Source of the DNA: Guillardia theta CCMP2712
Lineage: Eukaryota; Protista; Cryptophyta
Assembly (NCBI RefSeq): GCF_000315625.1
Contig: NW_005434611.1
Span: 425,649 to 464,478, forward strand
DNA length: 38,830 nucleotides
Direction of reading: 5' to 3'
The notes below the pieces were generated by a model. The model was not told the DNA's origin. It searched no databases and saw only the letters and a program-made list of their open reading frames with translations. The translations under genes were made by a program, and so were the position numbers. Shown here one piece after another: positions 10,610 to 20,769 of the stretch (position 1 is the first letter of the stretch; each line of letters begins with the position of its first letter).

Positions 10610-13600
10610 TCAGGGAGGTCGCGGGAGATGCACCTGATAGTGGTTGGTCCGCACGTTGAGGATGCGGACGAATCTCGAGCCCTGCTCCTGCTGGGAGTGA
10701 GCTGGGGGACAAGCAGCAGAGCGAAGAGTAAAGCGGGGAGGAGGAGGAGGAGGAGGAGGAGGAGGAGGAGGAGGAGGAGGAGGAGGCAGGAGGATGAAGA
10801 TGAGGGTGAGGAAAAGGCAGGAGGAGGGAGAGGAGGACAAGTCTCACTCGGTTTCTGTCGTAGATGAATTCAGGGCGGATGGTTCGAGGATCGACAAGTC
10901 GCGTGAGATCACCTGCTCACCCCCTTCAGCTCCTCCTCGTGCTCCTGTATCTTCCTCCTCCACCTCCTCCACCAACACCACCACTTCCTTCCCCCGCTCC
11001 TCCTCCTCCTCCTCCTCCTCCTCTCCTCCTCCTCCTCCTCCTCCTCTCTTCTCGTCTCCTCTTCAGGTTCACCTTTCTTCGCCAAGAAGTCCTGGAGCTC
11101 TCGACGAGCTGCTGGGATCCAGCTGGGGATTTCCTTCATGACGAACGTGTCCTCGTCATTCACCGTCTCTCTGGTGAACCCAACGCTACAGCCAGAATAA
11201 GCCAGAGNNNNNNNNNNNNNNNNNNNNNNNNNNNNNNNNNNNNNNNNNNNNNNNNNNNNNNNNNNNNNNNNNNNNNNNNNNNNNNNNNNNNNNNNNNNNN
11301 NNNNNNNAGGAGGAGGAGGAGGAGGAGGAGGAGGAGGAGGAGGAGGAGGAGCACTTGCACCTTGCCATCAGGTCGCAACCTCCCTCCTTCTTCCCCACTC
11401 GCCGCTGAAAACCAGCGTTCCCTGCTCGAATGCTGCGAAACTTGTGGTCGTCCCGACTGCACATGCGTCAGCCGAGTAAACGATGGGTAGGCAGAGGAAG
11501 TCGAGGATGAGAAGTATGGACGAGGGAGGGAGGGAGTGAGTGAGAAAAGGGAGGAGGAGGAGGAGGAGGAGGAGGAGGAGGAGGAGGAGGAGGAGGAGGA
11601 TGAGGATGAGGAGGAGGATGAGGAGGGGGGGGGGGGGGAGGGGGGGGGTTAGAGCCAGCAGGTCTTGACCTGTCTAGGATATTGTTCAAGTACAGGAGGA
11701 CGGTGTCCACTGCCTCCCGAGCATCTTCCGAGCAAGAGCTCTTCTCCTCCAGCTCCTTGAGAGCTGGGGCCACGCTCCTGCCCCTGCATCAGTCTCCTCC
11801 TGCCCCTCCTCCTCGTTCAACCTCTTCACGTGCTCCTCGTCTTCCGGGCTCACGTCCTGCATCCTCCTTGAGCCTTCAGCGATGAGCTCCAGCGATTCAG
11901 TCTTGATGACCTGCCGTGCGATTTAGCTCAACGAGCTCTTCTTTACATGCTCCCCCTGCCGTCCCCTCACCCACCCGCTTCCTCCTCCTCCCTCTCCTTT
12001 CTCTTCTCCTCTCCTCGTCTCCAAGCTCATCTAGTCTTCCGCGATCTCTATCCCCCCTCCTTACTCCCTCCCCTCCATCCTCCCTGCTGCAGCTCACCTG
12101 CAGTCGGATCTTGTAGATGCGGCAGAGGGCATCGAGTTCGAGCTCGCCGAGGGGCATGAAGAACTTTTTCCCGCTGTCCTCCTGCTCCTCGAGCAGCGAC
12201 TTCATGTAGAGCTCAACCAGCTCCTCGTAGTCCACCAGCGACGGGTCTGCTCCCCCTAGCTGGACCTGTTGGTTCAGATCCACCACGACGCTCTGGAGGG
12301 AGGGAGGGAGGACGAAGAAATCCTCCAGCCCGAAGAGCAGGTCACAGTCGACGCTCAGCCAGAGCTGTAGCTGATTGAGCACGGCCTCACGGTACCCGCC
12401 ATCCTTCCTCATCAGCTCCACCGCGTCTCGCCTGAACTCCCCGGCACTCGCTGCCAGCGCAGGCTCCTCGTCCACCTGAGGAGGGAAGGATGGATGGAAG
12501 ATTCTTCTCGTCAGCAGAGGAGGCTACAAGAGGTTGAGGGTACGAGAGGAGGAGGAGGGTACGCGGAGGAGTTCACAGGAGGAGGACACAGATGGAGTAG
12601 GGTGCGGGAGGAGGAGGTGGTGGAGGGTACAGGAGGAGGAGGGTACAGGAGGAGGAGGGTACAGGAGGAGGAGCATACAGGAGGGTGAAGGGCGAGGGTT
12701 CACCTTCAAGCTCGGGTAGTACTTGAGTAGGGAGCTGAGCCCCAACCAAACAGCGTGCATCATGCAGTTGCCGTCGTCAGGTACGTCGGTGAAGAAGCTC
12801 CGCCATTTCACCCCCGTCGAGGCCTCGAAGTCTGCGGGAGCCACTGGCTCCTTGATCGACTCGATGTGCTGCTTCCTCGCCTCTTCCTTCTTCGCCTTCT
12901 CCTCCTCGTCCTGGTGCCTTCTAAGGCGTTCGGCTCGCTCGCACCCTCCCCATCCTCCGTTGAGGGCGAACAAAGTGTCATTCCCCCGGTACGCGACAAC
13001 TCCCACCGCCCAGTCCGTGAAGAGCAGGCGAGCGTTGAAGGGGAGGAGCTGGCGGAACTGGAAGGAGGCCTGGCAGGAGCTGACCTGGTCGGCCGAGGAG
13101 GAGTAGAGGTGCGCGTTCCACTTGTCCAGGTAGAGAGGAGAACGGGGAGGATCGACCACGAGGAAGAAGTTCGACAGACTGCTGAGGCTCTCTGGCTGCC
13201 CGTCCCCGAAGCTGACGGAGGCGAGGGGGGAGGGGGCGACCTGCCACTGCCTGAGGCTCCCGTCCTTGTCGAAGCAGGAGGTCTCGATGACAACCTCCGA
13301 GGGAGTCGAGGAGGCCAGCAGGAGGAGGTCAGCTGGGAAGTGCTGCATCTTGTTCACCCTCACGATGTCCCCGCAGCGGAGCTCTCGTCGCCCCTTCCGC
13401 TCCCAGACGTTCTTGCTGGTGTCCAACACCTCCACCTCCTCGTCCTTGTTCACATCGCGCTTGTCCTCCTCCTCCCCCCCCCCCTCCTCCTCCTGATCTT
13501 TCGGCTTCAGCATGTCAATCCTCTTCTTCTCTCCCAATCCCAGCACGCGCTTCAGCTGCTCGAGAGCTGCTCCGAAGAGCAACTTCATCCTCTCCAGCCC

Positions 13601-14503
13601 CTTCGAGTCCTCAGCTCCTCCCAGCCCCACGTCGCTAGGCCTGGCTGACGTCAGCTCAGCCAAGCACACACCATCCTTGTCTCCTTCCTTCAGTACCATC
13701 CTGTTCAACGAGAGCACTTCCCCACCGTCCTCGAGCACAGCCCACATGACCACCCCGGACTCGTAGTCACCGAACAGCAGGCGGCAGGCCAACTTCGTCC
13801 CGTCCTTGCTCTGCATCGTCTGAGTCGCCCAGGCCCAAGCAGGGACTCGCGCGTTGGAGGTGACGAGGAAGGTTCGGAGAGCGTCTGTCTCCATCTCCTC
13901 GTCGTACGTCTCGTTGAGGTAAGAGAGCTGAGGGCACAGGGAGTGAAGGCTCAGAGGGCAGAGCAGCTTCCACACCATCTCCTTGCTCGCCTTCAGCGTC
14001 TCACTCAACTGAAGGATCCCCGGGCGTGTCGCCATCCAGTCCTCGTCGCACAGAACAAACTTCACATCCCCCGGCCCAGGGCATGCCAGGTAGCCCCGGA
14101 CATTCCCCCTGACTTCGTCTAGGTGTTTGAACATCAAACTGCACCCGTCCTCTTGCGCAGCAGTCTCTCGCTTGTTGCCCGTCTCGTGCTTCTGGACCTG
14201 ACTGGATCCCTTCAAGAGAGACGCCTCATCCTCCTCCGTCGCTGCTGCCTCCATTCCCCCTCTCAAAACCAGTCTCGCTCTTCCCTCAAAAGACCATCCC
14301 CTGCCTCTCATCAACGGCCAACTTACTCCCTTCAGGCCTCCTCCACCCATCAACCATCCTTGCCCCCCTGCTCTCCCTACCCCTCCTACCCCTCCTACCC
14401 CTCCTACCCCTCCTGCTCCTCCTGCTCCTCCTGCTCCTCCTGCTCCTCGCCCCTCTCCCACCATCGCCATCAACAGAACGGCCGCCGGGATTCCACACCT
14501 CAT
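10610..14503 (-). CDS. OTU-family deubiquitinase with inserted PUB domain, degenerate P4-ATPase actuator domain and leader ending LVLRGG
   Basis: OTU motifs: DVPDDGNCMMHAV (Cys 12764-12766), FRRDAVELM, LGELELDALCRIYKIRLQV, RILNVRTNHY (His 10640-10642). PUB motifs: AVDTVLLYLNNIL, KFRSIRAGNAGFQRRV, GGCDLMASVGF. Actuator motifs: RCGDIVRV..FPADLLLLASS..WAVGVVAYRG. The exons join in frame through GT-AG introns; one intron spans an N gap. Confidence 0.75.
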
Positions 14504-14531
14504 CGCATTCGCCACCAAAAACTGCCCTCAT

Positions 14532-14615
14532 CCCCTCTATGACCTCTGGCCTCACCGTGGCACCCGGCCCCGGCCCCTCTATGACCTCTGGCCTCACCGT
14601 GGCACCCGGCCCCGG
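14532..14615. repeat. Perfect 42-bp tandem duplication upstream of the OTU gene
   Basis: CCCCTCTATGACCTCTGGCCTCACCGTGGCACCCGGCCCCGG x2. Confidence 0.9.
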
Positions 14616-15062
14616 CGGCGGCAGCGGCCCGCCGGGCCCGGGGTGGACTCAGCTCCACTGGCCGCGGGCGGCCGGTGGAGCTCACCGGTGCCGCAGTGCC
14701 CGGCTCAGCGGCTCGGAGCTACGCCGGACGGTGGGACCGTGGACATGGTGGAGCAGGGAGGGCCGGTGGAGTCGGACTCGGTGGCTGCACTGACAGGCTG
14801 CACGCGGCGGCACTCCGGCGGCCCGGGCAGTCCGTACGGTCCGACAGTGTGATCGGATCGGCCCGGCCCGGCGTCCGACCCGGCGCAGTCACCGGGCCGC
14901 GGCCCGCGCCGGGCCGGGGGCGGTCCCGGAGTCCGAGCCGACGGCGGACTCCGGGAAGCGGCGCCGGCGGCCGCGCCCGCCCCCCGCCCCCGGGCCCGGC
15001 GGCTGCGCCGGGCCCCGGCCCGCGGCGGCAGGCTCGGAACCGTCAGTGACTCGCGGTCGCAC
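14616..15062. repeat. GC-rich intergenic island rich in CCGG/GGCC/GACTC/GTCAC words
   Basis: The same composition recurs at about 10285-10560, 15620-15880, 17140-17710, 17940-18145, 24470-24830 and 32815-33130. Confidence 0.6.
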
Positions 15063-16013
15063 ACCGATTTTTCCGGGTGACCGTCTGAAAGAGCAAGGAT
15101 AGAGTTGTTAATGCCATGATGGCATCGTATCTTTTCTTCACCGTCAATCATGATAGTCACTAGGCCAGTATGTGAGAGCCTGTTGAAGCACCTGATAGGA
15201 GGAAGCTTCACCTCAGACAATGCCCGGCCAAGTAATCGACGTGGCTCAAGTGCACAGATGCTTAGAGCCTCGGAATGCATCCCTGGAGAGGACAGCAACA
15301 GCTACAATAAGGACGACGTAGGAGAATCATGAAGAAGACAGCAAGAACTTAGGAATGAAGTCGTGGATGGCAGCAGGAGATAAGCGAGACAGCTTATATC
15401 AGTCCACGACAGGACAGCAGATGACACCGTCACGGTGGCAGAATACGGCTACGCTCAAGGGGAGATTGGAAGTATCACCCCTGAAGTCATGGACATGGGA
15501 GAACAAGGGGTCTGATCAAAGAAGTCACCCGGCGGCCGCGCAGGTGTCCGAGGCAGGGTTAACTTAAAAGCCTCCTCGACTGATTGTCCTCGTACTGATT
15601 TTTTAACTTAACTTTGAGTAAAGCGATCCGAGACTCCGATCCGATTGGATCAGCCACTCAGTGGCGGCCGCCAGGCTCCGAGACTCCGACGGCACCATCT
15701 GCGAGACGGTTGATTTCGAACTGTATCGCGTCGGATCGGATGCTATCGGTAAGTTCACAAGTTGACGGGCGTTCCCGGCACACTGACTCGGATGCCGAGT
15801 CAGACTTCCAGCACCATGAACGGGCGCAGCCGCTGCTGAGGCCACTCACTCACCCACTCACAGTGATCGGGACTCGAACTTCACTTGCACGATTCTGAAG
15901 TTCATTACAAAAATGAATGAACACCGATTTGACAGACACAAAATAAGGACACACATAACGACAGAGCAGCAAGCTTGCACTATTCAGCTCCTTGCTTTCC
16001 TTTCTAGTTTTCT

Positions 16014-16439
16014 TCACGCATCATCATAAAATGTGAGGGTATCGTCAGAGCTCTCCATGTACATCTTGATCCATTCTTGGGTAAGGGGTAGTGCGCTTTC
16101 AACCCAAGAAGTTTCCGACGTTCTCCTGCGCTGCTTCGTAGAGCTGAGCTTGGTCTCCCTTGAATCCTCCCGTGTTCGTTTGATTTTCTTTGCTCTGCTT
16201 CTCTTGGGACGGCGATATGGCCAGCGATCGATTCCGAGCTTGCGACAGCTGTGCTTGAGTGCAGTGAGAGATATACCCAGCGCCCGTGCTGCTTTGAATT
16301 GCGGAATCGAGAAAAGTTTCTGCAACGTTGGCATGTCTACAGCTAGAGGACGTCTACCTTTGTAAACAATATGCCCTTGTCCTGACTTTCTTCGCGGGAA
16401 CAAGAGCACGTTCGGAGAGGAAGCAACAGAATCTGTCAT
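16014..16439 (-). CDS. RWP-RK transcription factor (141 aa)
   Basis: LQKLFSIPQFKAARALGISLTALKHSCRKLGIDRWPYRR, preceded by LLFPRRKSGQ. The ATG at 16439 was chosen because the longer ORF runs through a repeat. Confidence 0.9.
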   Translation of the reverse strand: MTDSVASSPNVLLFPRRKSGQGHIVYKGRRPLAVDMPTLQKLFSIPQFKAARALGISLTALKHSCRKLGIDRWPYRRPKRSRAKKIKRTREDSRETKLSSTKQRRRTSETSWVESALPLTQEWIKMYMESSDDTLTFYDDA

Positions 16440-16504
16440 GATGGCGCGGACTGAGTCTGAGTTTGAGGGCCCTTGCAAGGCTGCCTCGGGGAGAACTTGG
16501 AAAA

Positions 16505-16720
16505 GAGGAGGGGAGGATGTAGGATGAAGAGGAGGGGAGGATGTAGGATGAAGAGGGGGGAGGATGTAGGATGAAGAAGAAGGGAGGATGTAGGGTGAAG
16601 AGGAGGAGGGGAGGAGGGAGGATGAAGAGGAGGGGAGGAGGGGAGGATGTAGGGTGAAGTGGAGGAGGATGTAGGAAGAGGAGTAGGAGGAGGATGTAGG
16701 ATGAAGAGGAGGAGGAGGAG
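16505..16720. repeat. Degenerate ~24-bp minisatellite (GAGGATGTAGGATGAAGAGGAGGG)
   Basis: Several imperfect tandem copies upstream of the RWP-RK start. Confidence 0.8.
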
Positions 16721-18146
16721 GAGGGAGGGAGGGGAGCAGGCGAGAGCTGCCAGGTTCAAGGAGCTGATCTCCGAGGGAGGGGATTGGGTTTTTAAAAACG
16801 ATTGTTTTACAGCACACCCTTCATCTCGAAACGACGAGATACCACGAGATTTCAAGAACCTCATGTTCCCGATTTCAAGTTGACTAATATAAACAGTACT
16901 GCAGGGGACGTTAGCTTGATTTGTTTTTAACGGTTGTCACGTTCGCGTCTGTGCGGTGACTAGGGCAGCAACTCTCATATAGGAGCTCCACTAGGCGTCC
17001 TAGCCTGCTGCCCTTATCATTAGGTATTTTACCACAGGACGGCCTCCACTGCCGACGTGACCGAAACTCAGACCGTGACTCGGAAATCTCTTTGTTTTTT
17101 TTTCACATTGACTGTCAACTAAAGAATTTACTCATCTCCCAGCTGGCTGCTCCTGGACCGTCCGGTGAGGCTGCTCAGTCACGGCACAGTCTGACCACAT
17201 GACGGCGACTGCAATCAGTCACGCTCACACCGACTGGTCTCACCGGGTCACAATGAGTCACGGCCGGGCCCGGCGTCCTGACTGTCAGTGTGATGGCTCA
17301 GGGCCCGGGGCGGCCGCTAGTAGCTACGCGGCGGCCCGGCGTCACGTCCCGAGTCCCGGAGTCCGCGGCGCCCGGCCAGGCCTAGTAGGGGGCACCCCGG
17401 GCCGGGCCGGGTCCCGAGCGCGGCGGCCCGGCCCCGGCGGCGGCCGCAAGCGGCCCGGCGGGCCCAGCCCTCAGTCAGGCGTCACTGGCCGTCAGGCTGC
17501 TACCGTCGGACTCCGGCGAAAGTCTGGCCTGCGGCAGGTAGTACGGAAGTACAGTTTGACTTAGGCCGAGAGTCCCTGCTCGCCGATGATCGGATGTACG
17601 CGTGCCCGGCCGGCGGGGTACGGTACTGACTGGCACTCAGGGCGCCGGTCGGATCCGACATTCAAGCCTGGCGTTGTCACGTGACTCTGTGCCATGATGC
17701 CACCGTGACAGAGTACTACAATCTTGATTTGTTAGATCGGACTTGTATTATGCCAAACGGTAACTTGAATGCAGACACTGGCAGTTGACCTCAGCTGCAA
17801 CAACTTGTGACAGTTTTTGCTGGAGTTTGATGCACACGAAACTAGGATCATTCCTGTTGAGGAGCACATGAGAGTTAGCCTTGTGACTGTATGCTAGGAT
17901 GTGCAACCCAAGCAAATATCTGACTGGAACGGCTGGCATCACCGAGCCGCAGTGAGCTGCTGGAGGCGGCCTGATACCGCCCACCGTGACAGAGCCCGGA
18001 GTCAAGTTGCCGAGACGGGCCGCGCCGTCACACTACGAGTATTCGCCGGCGCCGGCCATGACTGTACAGTGACTGGACACTAGGAGTCGATACGATCCAT
18101 CACGAGTATGAGCTTCTTCGAGTGGCGCGGCAGCCCGGGAACTGAG

Positions 18147-20769
18147 TCATCGTTGAACGTGAGCAAGGGCAGTCGCCTTGAAGTCAGTCACGAACGCGAG
18201 AGCCTGGAGAAGGAGTGAGGAGAGAGGAGAGAGGAGAGAGGAGAGAGGAGAGATGTCAAGAAGGGAAAGCAGGAACCGAGCAGACGTGCGAGGAGAAGCG
18301 ATCAACGTTTCAGTCCTTGCTCACCTTGCTGCTCGCACTCGCTGCAAGCTCTTCGTGCTCCTCCAGCTTCAGCGGAGGTCCCAAGGCCTGCGACAGCTGA
18401 GGACGGTGCAGGGCAAGTTCAGTCGCACGTTGACAGCAAGCAGCTCGTCCCGCAAGAGCTTCCTCGCGTATCCTCCGAAAGCTGCTCCCACGACGGCCTC
18501 CTTTCCAGCAGATAACTGATGGATAGGAGTGATGAGCGCGAGCAGGGAAGGTGGAAGAGGGACGGGAGGGGATGAGGGCGGGGGAGGGGAGGGGAAGGTG
18601 AGCAGGTAAGGGAGCGAGGGAGCGAAGGGAATGAAGGAGGGAGAGGGGAGGAACTTCGCCGGGCCTCCTGCCTGTGATTTGAAGAGCTCATTCCTTGCCA
18701 GCAACGTCGCCGTGTAGTCGTTGGTTCCTCCAGCCAGCTACCCCACGAGTGAGGCAGTAGGGGAGGAGCAGCGAGCTCTGACCTGTACGCCTCCTCGCAA
18801 GCGAGCTTCTCTCCGACACTGAAGCACTCGCTGTTGCGCAAGTCAGATCACTTGGCTCCTCTTCATCCCTCACCTGAGCCAGGGCGATCGATGCTCGCGC
18901 GGTCCCATGCCCCACGTCTCCGCTCATCGGCCTCCCATCAGTCTGCCACAACTTGAAGCCAGTGAATCAGAAGCTTCGGTTGCATTGAAGGGCATGAGGA
19001 GGATGAGGAGGAGGAGGAGGAAGGAGGAGGAGGAGGAGTGAGGGGGAGGAGGAGGGGCGAGGGAGGAGGGAGTGGANNNNNNNNNNNNNNNNNNNNNNNN
19101 NNNNNNNNNNNNNNNNNNNNNNNNNNNNNNNNNNNNNNNNNNNNNNNNNNNNNNNNNNNNNNNNNNNNNNNNNNNNAGAGAGGGAGGGGAGGATGGGGAG
19201 GAGGAGAACCATCTCGACATTGTCCGGCAGGTTCAGCGTATGAGAGACGAACAGCATGAAATCCAATAGAGTTTCTCCCTGCCGATCCGTTACAGATCTC
19301 ACCAACCTCTCGCTCCACTCGCTCCTCTCCTCCTTCCGACGCTGCCTCTGGTGCCTCTTAGTAAGCCTTCCACAGTCACCTGATCAGGAAAGCTGACGGA
19401 GACAAGCTTCAAGCTGCTAGCCCATCCCTCGATCCCACCGCTCTCTCCGTTTCGTCCCTGCCATAGCTCGCGGAAGGAGTCGCGGGTCGAGCCGCTCGTG
19501 TGGATCTCAATAGCATCTACTCTGATCAGAAGGTCAGGGAGCTGGCTGCGAGGTGAAGAGGAGGGTACGGGCTGCCTCTCAGGGAGGCGATGAGTTCCTG
19601 CGTGCTGAATGAGATCGAACGAGGGCAGGGGAAGGGGCGGCGGAGGGTGGAGAGGTGAAGTACTTGAGGGGTCCTGACGTAGTTGTTGGCGTGGATGAGC
19701 TGGAGAGGGCAGGAGGAGAGGCATCGCCCACACCCGTAGCATTTCTTCTCGTCCTGCCACCTCCCGTCAGCTGCACGAGGCCCTGACGAGGGTCAGGCGC
19801 ACACCACGCCGCTTTGACTGATGGCGAGGACTGGGCATGTCGCTTCGCAGGGGCGGGGGCAGTCGGCTGGACACAAGCTGGGCCCGACCAAGGCGTCAGG
19901 AGCACGTCCCCGGTCCCTGAGCTGGGCCTCACCTGGGGTCGAAGGCTGCCTTGCGGAAGTGAGGGTCCGCATCATCGTTGATGGATACCATGATCCAGGG
20001 GCGCGCCGGCTGCAGCCATGAGCGCGCCTGCTCCGTCGTCAGCCCATTTCTCGCCAGCCTGAAGCGCCTCGACTCACAGAGGAGTACTCTTGCGCAGCTC
20101 GGATCCCCTCGTCCACCTGTGGGCGTCGATGAGGATGAGCGTGAGAGGTACAAGTTCCCTACGGCAGAGACGATGGAAGGATCAGCTGCACCTGTCAAAG
20201 TGTTGGTTCCAGAGCTCCTCCTGACTGTCCGACATCGTCTTCTCCACCGCCTCTTCTCTTCTGTCCTCCTCCTCCCCTCTTCCCTCTCCATTCCCCCTCC
20301 CTTCCCCAGACTTACAATCAATGCAGTCGACTCCTGCTAAAGTGTACGCAAAGGCCTGAGGGTACAACGTCAGCCTTAGGGCCCTTCTCCTCTCCCATTG
20401 CTCACGATGTTTCTGATCTGAGGGATGTCCTCATTGCTCGCTCCACAGATCAGCTTGATCCACGAGCCCTCCTCCAACCTAACACTCATGTCAACCTGCA
20501 GCGCCGGTCCCTTCTTGAACTAACGCAAGTTGGGGAGGCGAAGCAGCGAAGGGGGAAGGCAAACGTGCGCCATCAGGGATAGCTGTGCTGCATTTTGGTG
20601 CTGTCTTTGGGGTCTTCGTTGAGACTTTGCCAGCACACGTCCTCGTGAGCATTGAGCGGAGGCGACAACATGGTGAAACGCCCAACAACACTTTCTGAAC
20701 CGGGTAGCAACCTGAAAATGAGTCCACGAGGGCGAGGAGGAGAGCAAAGATGATGCAGAGAAGTTTCAT
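18147..20769 (-). CDS. ldpA: LdpA-like 4Fe-4S protein, plastid-targeted, multi-exon
   Basis: WIKLICGASNEDIPQIRNI, AFAYTLAGVDCID, AADPSIV, PWIMVSINDDADPHFRKAAFDP, CPADCPRPCEATCP, CYGCGRC, DAIEIHT, WQTDGRPMSGDVG, AFGGYARKL. Leader is MKLLCIIFALLLALVDS|F. Confidence 0.88.

Noticed and set aside
12524-14518. Calling this ORF a phospholipid flippase
   Set aside because: Only a degenerate actuator domain is present; there is no DKTGT motif or membrane domain.
14532-14615. Direct repeat as a possible CRISPR array
   Set aside because: Two abutting copies, no spacers, no cas genes, eukaryotic context.
17720-17940. Fragment reading LAVDLSCNNL, possibly an LRR pseudogene
   Set aside because: A single short motif among stop codons; could be chance.
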